Origin: an uncultured Nitrospinota bacterium
GTDB taxonomy: Bacteria; Tectomicrobia; Entotheonellia; J063; CAVPRW01
Assembly (NCBI GenBank): GCA_963707985.1
Contig: CAVPRW010000025.1
Coordinates: 96,001 to 160,000 of the forward strand
Direction of reading: 5' to 3'
Length of the DNA stretch: 64,000 nt
Of the stretch, positions 40,000 through 49,700 are shown piece after piece. Below the pieces are notes generated by a model that saw only the letters and a list, made by a program, of their open reading frames with translations, had not been told where the DNA came from and made no database searches. The first letter of the stretch is position 1. Each line of letters opens with the position of its first letter. The translations under genes were made by a program, and so were the position numbers.

Positions 40000-41100
40000 A
40001 TGCAAGCTGTTATCCTGGCAGAAGTCGGTGGTCAGCTCACCCTCGAAGATATTCCCACACCACAGCCCAGAGCCGGCGAGGTGCTCGTGCAAGTGGCCGC
40101 CTGTGGCGTCTGCCACACCGACCTACACGTCATCAAGGGCGAGGTCAAATTTCCGCTGCCGTGTGTCCTGGGGCACGAGATCTCAGGGGTAGTGGCTGAA
40201 GTACCGGCCGACGTCAAGGCAATACGTCCAGGCGATGCCGTGGTCTGTAGCTTCATCATGCCCTGCGGCGTGTGTCATTACTGTGTGCGCGGACGGGACG
40301 ACCTGTGCGAGACGTTCTTCGCCATGAATCGTTTGAAAGGAACCCTCTACGACGGGGAAAGTCGCCTGCGACGCGCCAACAACTCGCCCCTGGCCATGTA
40401 TAGTATGGGGGGGCTGGCCGAATACGCCGTCATCCCGGCCACCGATGTGTTTCTTGCACCTGCGAATGTGCCCCTGACGGATGCCTGCATCCTTGGTTGC
40501 GCCATGATGACGGCGTACGGTGCCCTGAAGAACCAGGCCAGGCTGCAGCCGAACGAATCCATTGCGGTTGTTGGCACCGGGGGGGTCGGTTCGAACGTCA
40601 TTCAGCTCGCCAGAGCCTTCGGCGCCGGCCAGATCATTGCTGTCGATATCCGCGATGATAAGCTGGCGGCCGCCAAAGATCTCGGGGCCACCCACGGGGT
40701 GAATGCGGCCCAGGGTGACCCTGTAGCAGAGGTGCTGACGATCACCGGCGGCCGCGGCGTTGACGTCGCCATTGAAGCCCTGGGACGGCCGGAGACGGTA
40801 GTGAATGCCTTCATGATGTCACGTGACGGCGGGCGAGTGGTCGTCATTGGCATCGCCCCCGGCACGACCACCGCCGGTATTGAGATCACCCGCCTGGTCC
40901 GCCGTGGGATTCAGCTCATGGGCTCATACGGGAGCCGCGTGCGCACCGATATGCCCGATGTGCTGGGATTGGCGGCACATGGCTTGGTGAGTCCCTCACG
41001 GGCGATTACCCGGCGCTATCGCCTGGAGCAGACGGATGAGGCTTATGCCGTGCTCAGTCGGGGCGAGATCGTCGGACGTGCGATCGTGACCATGAGCTGA
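40000..41100 (+). CDS. zinc-dependent medium-chain alcohol dehydrogenase
   Basis: GVCHTD, GHE, CGVCHYC...C, GTGGVG. Confidence 0.92.
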   Translation: MQAVILAEVGGQLTLEDIPTPQPRAGEVLVQVAACGVCHTDLHVIKGEVKFPLPCVLGHEISGVVAEVPADVKAIRPGDAVVCSFIMPCGVCHYCVRGRDDLCETFFAMNRLKGTLYDGESRLRRANNSPLAMYSMGGLAEYAVIPATDVFLAPANVPLTDACILGCAMMTAYGALKNQARLQPNESIAVVGTGGVGSNVIQLARAFGAGQIIAVDIRDDKLAAAKDLGATHGVNAAQGDPVAEVLTITGGRGVDVAIEALGRPETVVNAFMMSRDGGRVVVIGIAPGTTTAGIEITRLVRRGIQLMGSYGSRVRTDMPDVLGLAAHGLVSPSRAITRRYRLEQTDEAYAVLSRGEIVGRAIVTMS

Positions 41101-41516
41101 GTAGGTCAGCCATAAGCTTTCCGACGAAGTGTTATTATGGTATCCTTCTCTAGCACTGAGGGGAGGGAGACCACCATGGCGTGCTCGGACTGTTGCACGA
41201 TCAAGAGCTTCGCATGGGCAACACTCTATTATTATCTCCATTCGGCTGCTTCTATAAGGCTGACACCTTCGAGCATGTAGTAACCTCGTTGTCCTAGAAG
41301 GCTAATGTCCTCTGCTGAAATGACATATACGAACACATGGTTTGGATCGCGAAAGGGGTGAGACCGAGGTCGTCTCCATGAACTCCGGTGATTGGGTTGA
41401 GAATCTGAGCGCCCTGGAATATTACGACGGCAAGTGGTCCATCTTCCGATACCTCGACCTGCGCTTCCGATGAACAGGTGATCGGGCCTGCCGGGCACCA
41501 GCAACAGACGTTTGTC

Positions 41517-42303
41517 CTATAGCTGCTGCCCGGCATAGCGGCGTAGAAGCTCTCGACGGGAAAGCCAGATTGTGCGTGTTTCCCAGCGCTTTCCCCGAAG
41601 CCGATGACGACCCAGTGGGTGAACGCGGGCCAGCAATAGGCGTTGATACCAGCATAACAAAACCTGATGCCAACCGATATCCTGCCCACCGACCTCAAAA
41701 CCCAAGGATGTCGCTTCCTGCCAGAATAGCGTTGTGCTCCGAAATGCCTCCCACCAGTGATCATGTGGATGTTCAATGACCTGCTGGGCTAGTCGTTGCA
41801 GCGCATCCTGGAGCTCGTGTCGCAGGACGATTCCCACGCGGCGCTGGGTAGCTGTCCAGTGCAAGTGAGCCACGCGAGCGCGATCAAGGTGCAGTTCGCC
41901 CACTTGGGCACCCGGATGGATCATCGTCCCATCGCGGAGAATGAGGTCCGGTCCATAGTGGATCGCTGGTCCAAGTGTCAAGATCGTAGCCTGGCCCAGT
42001 CTATTGATCCTAAACCACGTATTCCAGGCGCATTCGTACCAAGCCCACACACGCTTACGCAGCGTTGCAGAGATGGATGCTGCCGGCCATTTGGGCAGTA
42101 GCTCGCTGAGCGTCAGACTGCGATAGCCACGTTCCTGTAGAAGCATCAACGGCCCTGGCAGAGCTGCTACCAGGCGTGCTGGTGTTTGTGGGAATCCGCC
42201 CCCGTCGTGCAGGTTGATAATGTTCTGCTCCCATGAATCCCGAGCCAACCGTTCTTTGAGCTCAATGGGCAATCTTACATAGACATTGTCTCTTGCTCTC
42301 ATA
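41517..42303 (-). pseudogene. remnant of a polysaccharide deacetylase fused to a YkoP-like domain (N-terminal catalytic part missing)
   Basis: IINLHDGGG...ALP...LQERGYRSLTLSELL (deacetylase C-terminus) followed by L.DGT.I.PG..VGELHL. Confidence 0.55.
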
Positions 42304-42647
42304 GCCTCTCTCCTATAGCTTATTTGCGAGCTAGTTTGCATGTTAGTGTCATACCTCGGCCACTCGATGGTGACCACCGCCATAATTGCAGGACAAGAGT
42401 ATGATGTGCAGCGCGACGGATGAGCTGTCATCGCGATCTATTCCTCCTGACATAAGGGTAGACTCGGTACCATTGAGCTTCGAGAGGTTGGCTAGTCATT
42501 TGTCTGTTTATTTAAGTCAAGAATTTTTACAATAAGTGCTACTCTTATTTCCCCATGTTGATTGTCATGGTCACGTGGTGATGATATTATGGGGAATCTT
42601 GAGCGTCCCTCTGACCATTACGTGACGATCGACCGGAGGATACGCAC

Positions 42648-43409
42648 ATGCCAAAAACACAGGTCAATGGCATCGATTTGTACTACGAGGTGCATGGGGA
42701 TGGCCCGGCCATCGTGTTTGCTCATGGGGCCGGCGGCAACCACTTGAGTTGGTGGCAGCAGGTGCCGGTGTTCGCGCGGCAGTATCGCTGCGTTACCTTC
42801 GATCATCGAGGATTCGGGCAATCTCCTGATATCCCGGATGGACCAGGCAGCCAGGCCTTCGTCGAGGATCTCAAACAGCTACTCGATCACCTTCAGATCG
42901 AGCGTGCCTCGTTAGTGGCCCAATCAATGGGGGGCAGGACTTGCCTGGGATACACTCTGACCTATCCGGACCGTGTGCAAGCGCTGGTGATGGCCGACAC
43001 CACGGGTGGTTTCGCCGATGCCCGTATGGCCCAACTACGCGCTGAGGGCGAAGTTGCGATGGCCGGGGCGAATCCACCGCCACGCACCTATGCCCGACAT
43101 TTCCCCGCGGAGCAACCGGCGCCGGCGTTTCTCTATGAGCAAATTCGCGCCCTCAATCCCCCTCGTCGCGAAGCCTCAGTACCTGGTCTGACCGCCGAGG
43201 TAGTCCGAGCGCTGCAGACACCCACGTTGCTGATCGTTGGCGAGCACGACGTGATTGCGCCGCCGGCAATCATGAAAATGTTCCAAAGCTATATCCCGCA
43301 CGCGCGTCTGGCGGAGGTGGGCGGGGCGGGGCATTCCGTCTACTTCGAGAAACCTGAAGCCTTTAATCGCACTGTGTTAGAATTTTTCAAGGAGGTCATA
43401 GCACCATAG
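42648..43409 (+). CDS. alpha/beta-fold hydrolase
   Basis: HGAGG, DHRGFG, AQSMGG, GEHD, GHSVY. Confidence 0.92.
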   Translation: MPKTQVNGIDLYYEVHGDGPAIVFAHGAGGNHLSWWQQVPVFARQYRCVTFDHRGFGQSPDIPDGPGSQAFVEDLKQLLDHLQIERASLVAQSMGGRTCLGYTLTYPDRVQALVMADTTGGFADARMAQLRAEGEVAMAGANPPPRTYARHFPAEQPAPAFLYEQIRALNPPRREASVPGLTAEVVRALQTPTLLIVGEHDVIAPPAIMKMFQSYIPHARLAEVGGAGHSVYFEKPEAFNRTVLEFFKEVIAP

Positions 43410-43435
43410 ATACACCCTCGTCGTGCGCTCCGAGC

Positions 43436-44104
43436 TCACTCGGCTGGAAAGACCCGCGGCAGCTCATCCAGACGTGCCAGCACGACGTCCGGGGCGATTC
43501 CCATGGCGTCGGCTTGCGCGCCTGTGCGATTCACCCAGGCCACCTGAAAACCATAGGCTTTCGCCCCCATGACGTCGAAGGAGTTCGATGAAACGAACAC
43601 GATGTCCTCCTTCAGTAGTTCAAGCACTGTAGGGACCAGGGAGTAGACCTGTGGGGCAGGCTTGTAGACGTGGACTTGGTCGGCACTCAAGATGTGGGTG
43701 AATTTTCCGGCAAGCCCACTCGACATGACAGCGGCTTCCAACATAGACGGTGCCCCGTTCGAAAGGATCAGGCAGGGGCGTGGAGCCAGGGCCGCAAGGG
43801 TCGCAGGAATTTCTGGATATGGCGACAGATGCAAGTAGGTATCGAGGATGGCTGCTCGTTGGGCCGGCGTTACCTCGATGCCGAAGGTTTTGAGGGCAAA
43901 TTGCAGGGCTTCATCGGTGACTGTCCAGAAGTCCACATAGCGACCCATGAGCGAGTGTAGCCAGGAATACTCGAGCTGTTTTGCCCGCCACTGTATGCTG
44001 ACGGACTCAGCGTCCGCTGTCAGGCTCTGGAGCGCAACCACCACTGAGTGGACATCGAAGAGCGTACCATAGGCATCGAACACGAAGGCTTGCGCTCTGC
44101 TCAT
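43436..44104 (-). CDS. haloacid dehalogenase type II (HAD superfamily)
   Basis: FDAYGTLFDV, WRAKQLEY, LSNG, YKP, VSSNSFD. Confidence 0.93.
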   Translation of the reverse strand: MSRAQAFVFDAYGTLFDVHSVVVALQSLTADAESVSIQWRAKQLEYSWLHSLMGRYVDFWTVTDEALQFALKTFGIEVTPAQRAAILDTYLHLSPYPEIPATLAALAPRPCLILSNGAPSMLEAAVMSSGLAGKFTHILSADQVHVYKPAPQVYSLVPTVLELLKEDIVFVSSNSFDVMGAKAYGFQVAWVNRTGAQADAMGIAPDVVLARLDELPRVFPAE

Positions 44105-44349
44105 ACGCTATTCCTCCTGGTTCCGTGCTCGGGGGGAGGTCGCAAACGCAGACTCTTCCCACCCAGAGTCGAGCACCACGAGCTCTCTGGGGATCGGACC
44201 AATCCTTACAGAGGTCTCGGAATTTTGCTTGACATGTGGTGGGGTCTGGAGTACTCAGAACGCAGATTTTTCACGCCTGCCACACCTATCACACATGACC
44301 GCTACTGTCTAGCCGATTCGGCCGACGTGTACCCCTGGGGAGGAGGCCG

Positions 44350-44763
44350 ATGCGCCGCCCGAGCTGCGGATTTGAGAATCCGGTGGGAAAGAGGCTTTTC
44401 GGGCAGTATGCCACGCCACTCACCGGCTCGTGTCCGACATGTGGCTTTGCGAACCCGCCCAGCTTTCCTTTTTGTGCCGAATGTGCCACACGGCTCATGA
44501 ACTCTCCGGCAGCCGCTCCACCCCAGGCTCCGCTCAGCTACACGCGCAGGCATCCCGCCATGCAGATCCTTACCTCCAAGACTGCCCTCGAAGGCAAACG
44601 CAAGCAGATCATCGTCCTGTTCGAGGACCTCAAAGACTCAATGAAATTGCTGGCCCAGCGTGATCCCGAAGAAGCCCGCCAACTCCTCAACCCGGTGCTC
44701 GAGCACCTGATGGACCCGGTGTACCGCTGGTCCGGGGAATGTGACAAGGGATTCAGGGGTTAG
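44350..44763 (+). pseudogene. 5' remnant of a double-zinc-ribbon adenylate/guanylate cyclase-ATPase gene
   Basis: Decayed CxxC pairs, LEGKRKQIIVLFEDLKDSM (cf. ERKQVTVLFADLKGS), DPEEAR; truncated at the cassette boundary. Confidence 0.75.
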
Positions 44764-44793
44764 GCGGCAATGACTTTTCTCTAGGAGCCTTCC

Positions 44794-45741
44794 ATGCAGC
44801 CAACAGCTGACAGTCGGCAATACGTTACAAATCCCGGAGACGCAAGTCTGTATGGCGCGGGTTACGCCGAGTTCATGCGTCGCTCAAACGTCAGGCTTCA
44901 TTCAGCCCCCCCAATAGCCGCACTCATATCGGACAACGTTAATCCCGGCAATGCCACAACAAGGATACTTGATCTTGGGTGTGGTGACGGGGTGATGACA
45001 TCACTCTATCTCTCCGAGCTCATGAAGAGATCTTCCGCCCAGGAGTTTAATGTGACTTTGGTCGACCCTGCCGCTGATGCTCTTTCGAAAGCTGAGGAAT
45101 TAATTCTTTGCCTGGGTTCAAGGTTAAAGACGTCATGCCTGAACACCACAGCGGAGTCCTTCGTCCAAACGATGGAAGCAAAGTATGATATTATCACTGC
45201 GCTATGGATCTTTTATCACATAACGCCGGATGCGATTGTTGGTATTCTTGGAATGCTTGAGCAGAATGGATTACTGCTAATATCCATGGGTAGTCCTACG
45301 CATCCGATAAAATCATACGGTAAACTTGAGCAACTTTCCCGCCATGGGGACTCCCGTCCCGTTGAAAAATTCTTGGTGACTGCGCGATCAAGAGGCATTT
45401 TGACTTTTGATCGTCTTTCCATACCCACACAGATCGAACTGAATGGACTATGGGAAAGAGGAATCGGCGTGACCAATGCTGGTAAAGAGTTTTTCTCATT
45501 TATGTTCAACAGAGACTTTGAACAATTTCCCCTGGACTTCAAACTAGAATTAGACACCCTGATGGAACGAATCACCGGAGATCAGGATGGCATAGCGTCG
45601 CACGATCACTTTTTATACGTGGTCAGACCGTTAAACGAGCGCCACCTACCCCCGGATACCAAGAGCAGGTGTCAGGAACCATTATTGATGAAGAGGGGAG
45701 CAGGCAAGGGTTACGCTGGGGTAGGGCCCGGCGGGACCTAA
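44794..45741 (+). CDS. class I SAM-dependent methyltransferase
   Basis: ILDLGCGDG motif I, LVDP, YDII; AGGAG RBS; composition differs from the flanks. Confidence 0.85.
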   Translation: MQPTADSRQYVTNPGDASLYGAGYAEFMRRSNVRLHSAPPIAALISDNVNPGNATTRILDLGCGDGVMTSLYLSELMKRSSAQEFNVTLVDPAADALSKAEELILCLGSRLKTSCLNTTAESFVQTMEAKYDIITALWIFYHITPDAIVGILGMLEQNGLLLISMGSPTHPIKSYGKLEQLSRHGDSRPVEKFLVTARSRGILTFDRLSIPTQIELNGLWERGIGVTNAGKEFFSFMFNRDFEQFPLDFKLELDTLMERITGDQDGIASHDHFLYVVRPLNERHLPPDTKSRCQEPLLMKRGAGKGYAGVGPGGT

Positions 45742-45822
45742 CGTCGGCCTTACAGCTGACTGCTGAGAGCCATGCTCCTGCGTCGCTCCGGCCTTCGGCT
45801 GCAGCTGAAGGCCAGCATGAGA
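45736..45822 (+). other. attC-like recombination site with degenerate right core
   Basis: ACCTAAC (RYYYAAC, containing the ORF stop); GGCCTT-A-CAGCTG pairs with CAGCTGAAGGCC leaving one extrahelical base; the right end reads ATGAGAG instead of GTTRRRY. Confidence 0.65.
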
Positions 45823-45943
45823 GGGCAACCAATCGAACAAGCGGATCAAATGTGGGATGGGCCGCGGACACGCCTGGCTCTTCCCCCGGCTGGCATCCCG
45901 TTTGCCAGAGAACCGTCCGCGCTTTGAAGAGGCGCTGGATGGT

Positions 45944-46260
45944 GGGACCATTTCTCAAGGATATCCCGCATCGGGACCGCAGCTTGTCGTTCTGGCACTA
46001 CAACACTTCCAAACGGGGGATAACGCTCAATCTGGACACCTCGGAGGGCAAGGACCTGTTCCGACGCCTTGTGCCGTCGACCGATATCCTCCTGGAAACT
46101 GAGGCCCCTGGGTATTTACCGAGCCTGGGATTGGGGTATGAAGCACTAGCGTGTCTGAACTCCAGGCTCATCAGGTGTTCGCTGACGCCTTTTGGCCAGA
46201 CCGGACCGTGGCGCGATTATCAGACCTCGGACCTGTTGCACCTGGCCGCGGGTGGGCAGA
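45944..46260 (+). pseudogene. internal fragment of a CaiB/BaiF CoA-transferase
   Basis: GPFLKD.PH.DRSL.FWHYNTSKRGITLNL...TPFGQTGP; parallels 37427-38683 but lacks both ends. Confidence 0.8.
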
Positions 46261-46617
46261 GTCGATCAAGGCGCCCGTGTTTGCAGCCTCCCATGCCACT
46301 TCAGCGGTATTGCCGTGCCGAAGTCGTGACGGCATCCCCCACCTGGCCTTTTCCGGCAGATGTGGCGTGAGAGACTATAGCGGAGCGATCTCTGGAGCGA
46401 TCACCCTCTCCAACCCCCATCTCACTGCGCGTCTACAAAATCGTGATACAATACTGTAGCATCGAAAGGAATGGTACGAGCTGCGTTCCTGATGGGAGAA
46501 TTGACCTTCAATCCATTCTTTTCCCGTACATGCATCAAGGTTCGGCGAGCTGCAGGGGACCGGAGAAAAAATGCTCCCAAAGGACGGCAGATGATACGTT
46601 CGAAAGACATTCCTATT

Positions 46618-46650
46618 CCCCTTCTCCACCGGGAGAGGGTGGGGTGAGGG
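46618..46650. repeat. REP-like element
   Basis: CCCCTTCTCCACCGGGAGAGGGTGGGGTGAGGG. Confidence 0.65.
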
Positions 46651-46779
46651 TCGAATAGGGTCAGGAAGAATGGTTACGGTTGGAAGATCACGATACGCTG
46701 ATCTCAAAACCGCTATAAAAGTGGCGTCCTGGCATAAAAAATTTCGCAGTCCTTCTGACCATCTTGAAAAGAGAGACAG

Positions 46780-49700
46780 ATGCTTGACGAAATGCGTGTC
46801 AACGACGAGCCGCTGAGTACCAACGATATCAGGCAGCTAGAGAACGCCGATGAGATCACGCATTTCTTTGCCAAACTGCGTTATGACGTCGATCAACGGA
46901 CCAATATCCCGGATTATGGCGTGCTGGGCATGGGTAGCGCAGAGATGCGCCAGCATATTTACAAGATCGAACTGATCGGCAAAGATCCTATAGACCGGGA
47001 CATTAGTATTTACCTGTTCGAAGTGCGCTCGGTGACCGCGAAACTGCGCAACGACATCGCCCGCCGCTTCCGTGAACGCCCGGAAAACGCCATCCTCGTC
47101 ATGACGAACGACTACGAAGAACTGGAATTCGTCCTGCTAGATCGCCTTGTTTCCAGGAGCCAGAGCCGTCGGGTTGCCCTCAAACAGGCCATTCGTCCTA
47201 TTCCGCTTACGGTCAATCGACTGAATCCCAAGCCAGTAGCGCTACGTGTGCTGAAGCGCTTCACGTTCACGGAAGAGGATGCGGCCTACCAGTGGGAGAA
47301 GCTGCGTTCTGCATACATGTTGGCGGAGTGGAGCGAAGAATACTTCAACAACCGCGCCCTGTTCTCAGATTACTACCTGAAGCAGCGCCTGACCGACCCT
47401 CAGCTCACGCCGGAGTGGAACGAGGATGTGCGCCCTGTCGGGCGCGAGATCTATAGACATATGATTACCGCCCGTACAAACTTACACCCACCACGCGGAG
47501 GACGTGATCCGCAAGGGACTGTACGAGCCGGTGCTCAAGCTGCTCGGCTTTGATTTCGTGAAGCAGAAGTCTGGTGCGTCGTCGGCTGCGTCAGCAGATT
47601 ACCTGCTCTACACACCCGGTGACAAATCGAAACCCGTCGCTGCGGCACTGACCTATGTGTGGAACCGCAACCTTGACGATGTGGACACGTTGCGTGAGCC
47701 CGCAGAGCACGACGGCGGTACGCCGTTGGAAATTCCAGGCGCGAAGGTGGTCAGCTTGCTGGAAAAACAGGACGTCCCCTGGGTGATTGTCACCAACGGC
47801 AAGCTGTGGCGTCTATACTCCTCAATGGCGAGCAACAAAGCGACCAACTACTACGAGGTCGACCTGGAAGAAGCCGTCGCCGCCAACGATCAGATCACCG
47901 CGCTGAAGTACTGGTGGCTGATGTTCCGCCAGCAGGCAGTTACTGGCTTCCTCGACAAGCTGCTGAAAAACTCCGCCGAGTACGCGAAAGAGCTGGGCGA
48001 TCGGTTGAAAGACCGCGTCTTCGTGGAGATCTTCCCACAGTTTGCCAAGGGCTTCATCGCGGATATGCGCGCCAAGGGCATCAGCGACCTCGATGATGCG
48101 GCGCTAGCGACGGTGTTCTCTGGTACGATGACCTTCCTCTACCGCCTGATGTTTACCCTGTATGCGGAGAGCTTGGAACTCCTGCCTCTGCACGATGTGC
48201 GCGGCTACGGCGAACACAGCCTCGATCGGATGAAGCATGAGATCTCGGATGCAGGTGGCACGGTGTGGGATGAATCGCTGGATAAGCTCGGCAACGAGTA
48301 CAAGAGCGACTCAACCGCACTCTACGAACGAATGCAGGCGCTGTTCACCCTCATCGATCAAGGGTCGGATGAACTCAACATGCCGACCTATAACGGCGGT
48401 CTGTTCAGCCAGGAGACGGACAGCGGCCAGTTCCTTGCCACCTATGCCATCCCGGACCGCTATCTCGCCCTCGGACTCGACCGGCTGACCCGCGATGTGG
48501 ACGACCGCACGCAAGCGCTGGTGTTTATCGACTTCAAATCGCTCGGGGTGCGGCATTTGGGCAGCATCTATGAAGGGCTGCTGGAGTTCAAGCTCCGGAT
48601 CGCCGGGGAGAAGCTCGCCGTCACGAAGGAAAAAGGGAAGGAAGTCTACAAGCCCGCCATGCAGGTCAAGAAGCCATTGGCGATCATCGACAAGGGCGAG
48701 GTCTACCTCGAAAATGACAAGCGGGAGCGCAAAGCGACCGGCAGCTACTATACGCCGGATTACATCGTCAAGTATATCGTGCGGCATACCGTCGGTCCGG
48801 TGTTGGATCGCAAACTTGAGGCACTTGAAAGTCCTCTGCGAGAGGCTCAGCGCGACTACCGCCAGTATGTGAAGCTGGTTGAGGCCCGCGCGACAAAGCC
48901 TTTGGGCATTCCTTGAGAAGACCCGTGATGACATCCTGAACGATATGGAGCGCCAGAAAGTCACGATCGACAAGAACCGGCTTACGCGCGTATCTCTACT
49001 GAAGCGCGCCGTGCTGAAACGCTGTGTCTACGGCGTTGACCTGAACGCCATGGCGGTGGAACTGGCGAAGGTCAGCTTGTGGCTGGATGCATTTACGCTG
49101 GGCGCACCGCTGAGCTTCCTCGATCATCACCTGAAGCACGGCAATAGCTTGATCGGAGCGCGGATAACGGATGTGCAGGATTATCTGCGCGGCGGCGGAG
49201 GGCCGGAACAGATAGATATGTTTAGCGGAAGCGAGTTTGCCGGAGTGATGCTGGCGACCGACTTGATGCGGCAGGTAAGCTATCTGAGCGACAACACCAT
49301 TGAGCAGACTCGTCAGAGTGCCCAGGCGTACCGTGATGCCAGCGACCATCTCGCACCCTACAAGCGACTGTTGGATGTGTACACCTCTCGCTGGTTCAGC
49401 AACAGTCGGTATGCGACCAAAAAGACTGATAGCCTACGCCTGTTCCTAAAGGACAGCCAAACTAAGACTTGGCTGAGAGCCCCGCGGACCACACTCGACG
49501 ATACGTCGTACCCTGCGACAGACATCGCTGCAAATGCCTTGCAAGCAGCCGATGAGAAACGCTTCTTCCACTGGGAACTGGAATTCCCAGAGGTATTCTT
49601 TGCGCCGAGTAGGCAAGGTAGACAGGACGTGCAACTATCGGCGGATGGCGGTTTCGACACTGTAGTGGGTAATCCTCCCTGGGGTGGCGAAATTGACAAA

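Larger units (their letters stand above)
44759..45822 (+). mobile_element. solitary integron-type gene cassette
   Basis: Begins at a GTTAGGC core (44759), carries one AT-richer promoterless ORF and ends in an attC-like palindrome. Confidence 0.65.

Noticed and set aside
41232..41520. Possible diacylglycerol-kinase C-terminal remnant (HGDDLGLTPFAI)
   Set aside because: Only one short motif; too weak to annotate.
45669..46370. 233-aa ORF as an intact CoA-transferase
   Set aside because: Its N-terminus is translated attC/intergenic sequence; only the middle matches the family.
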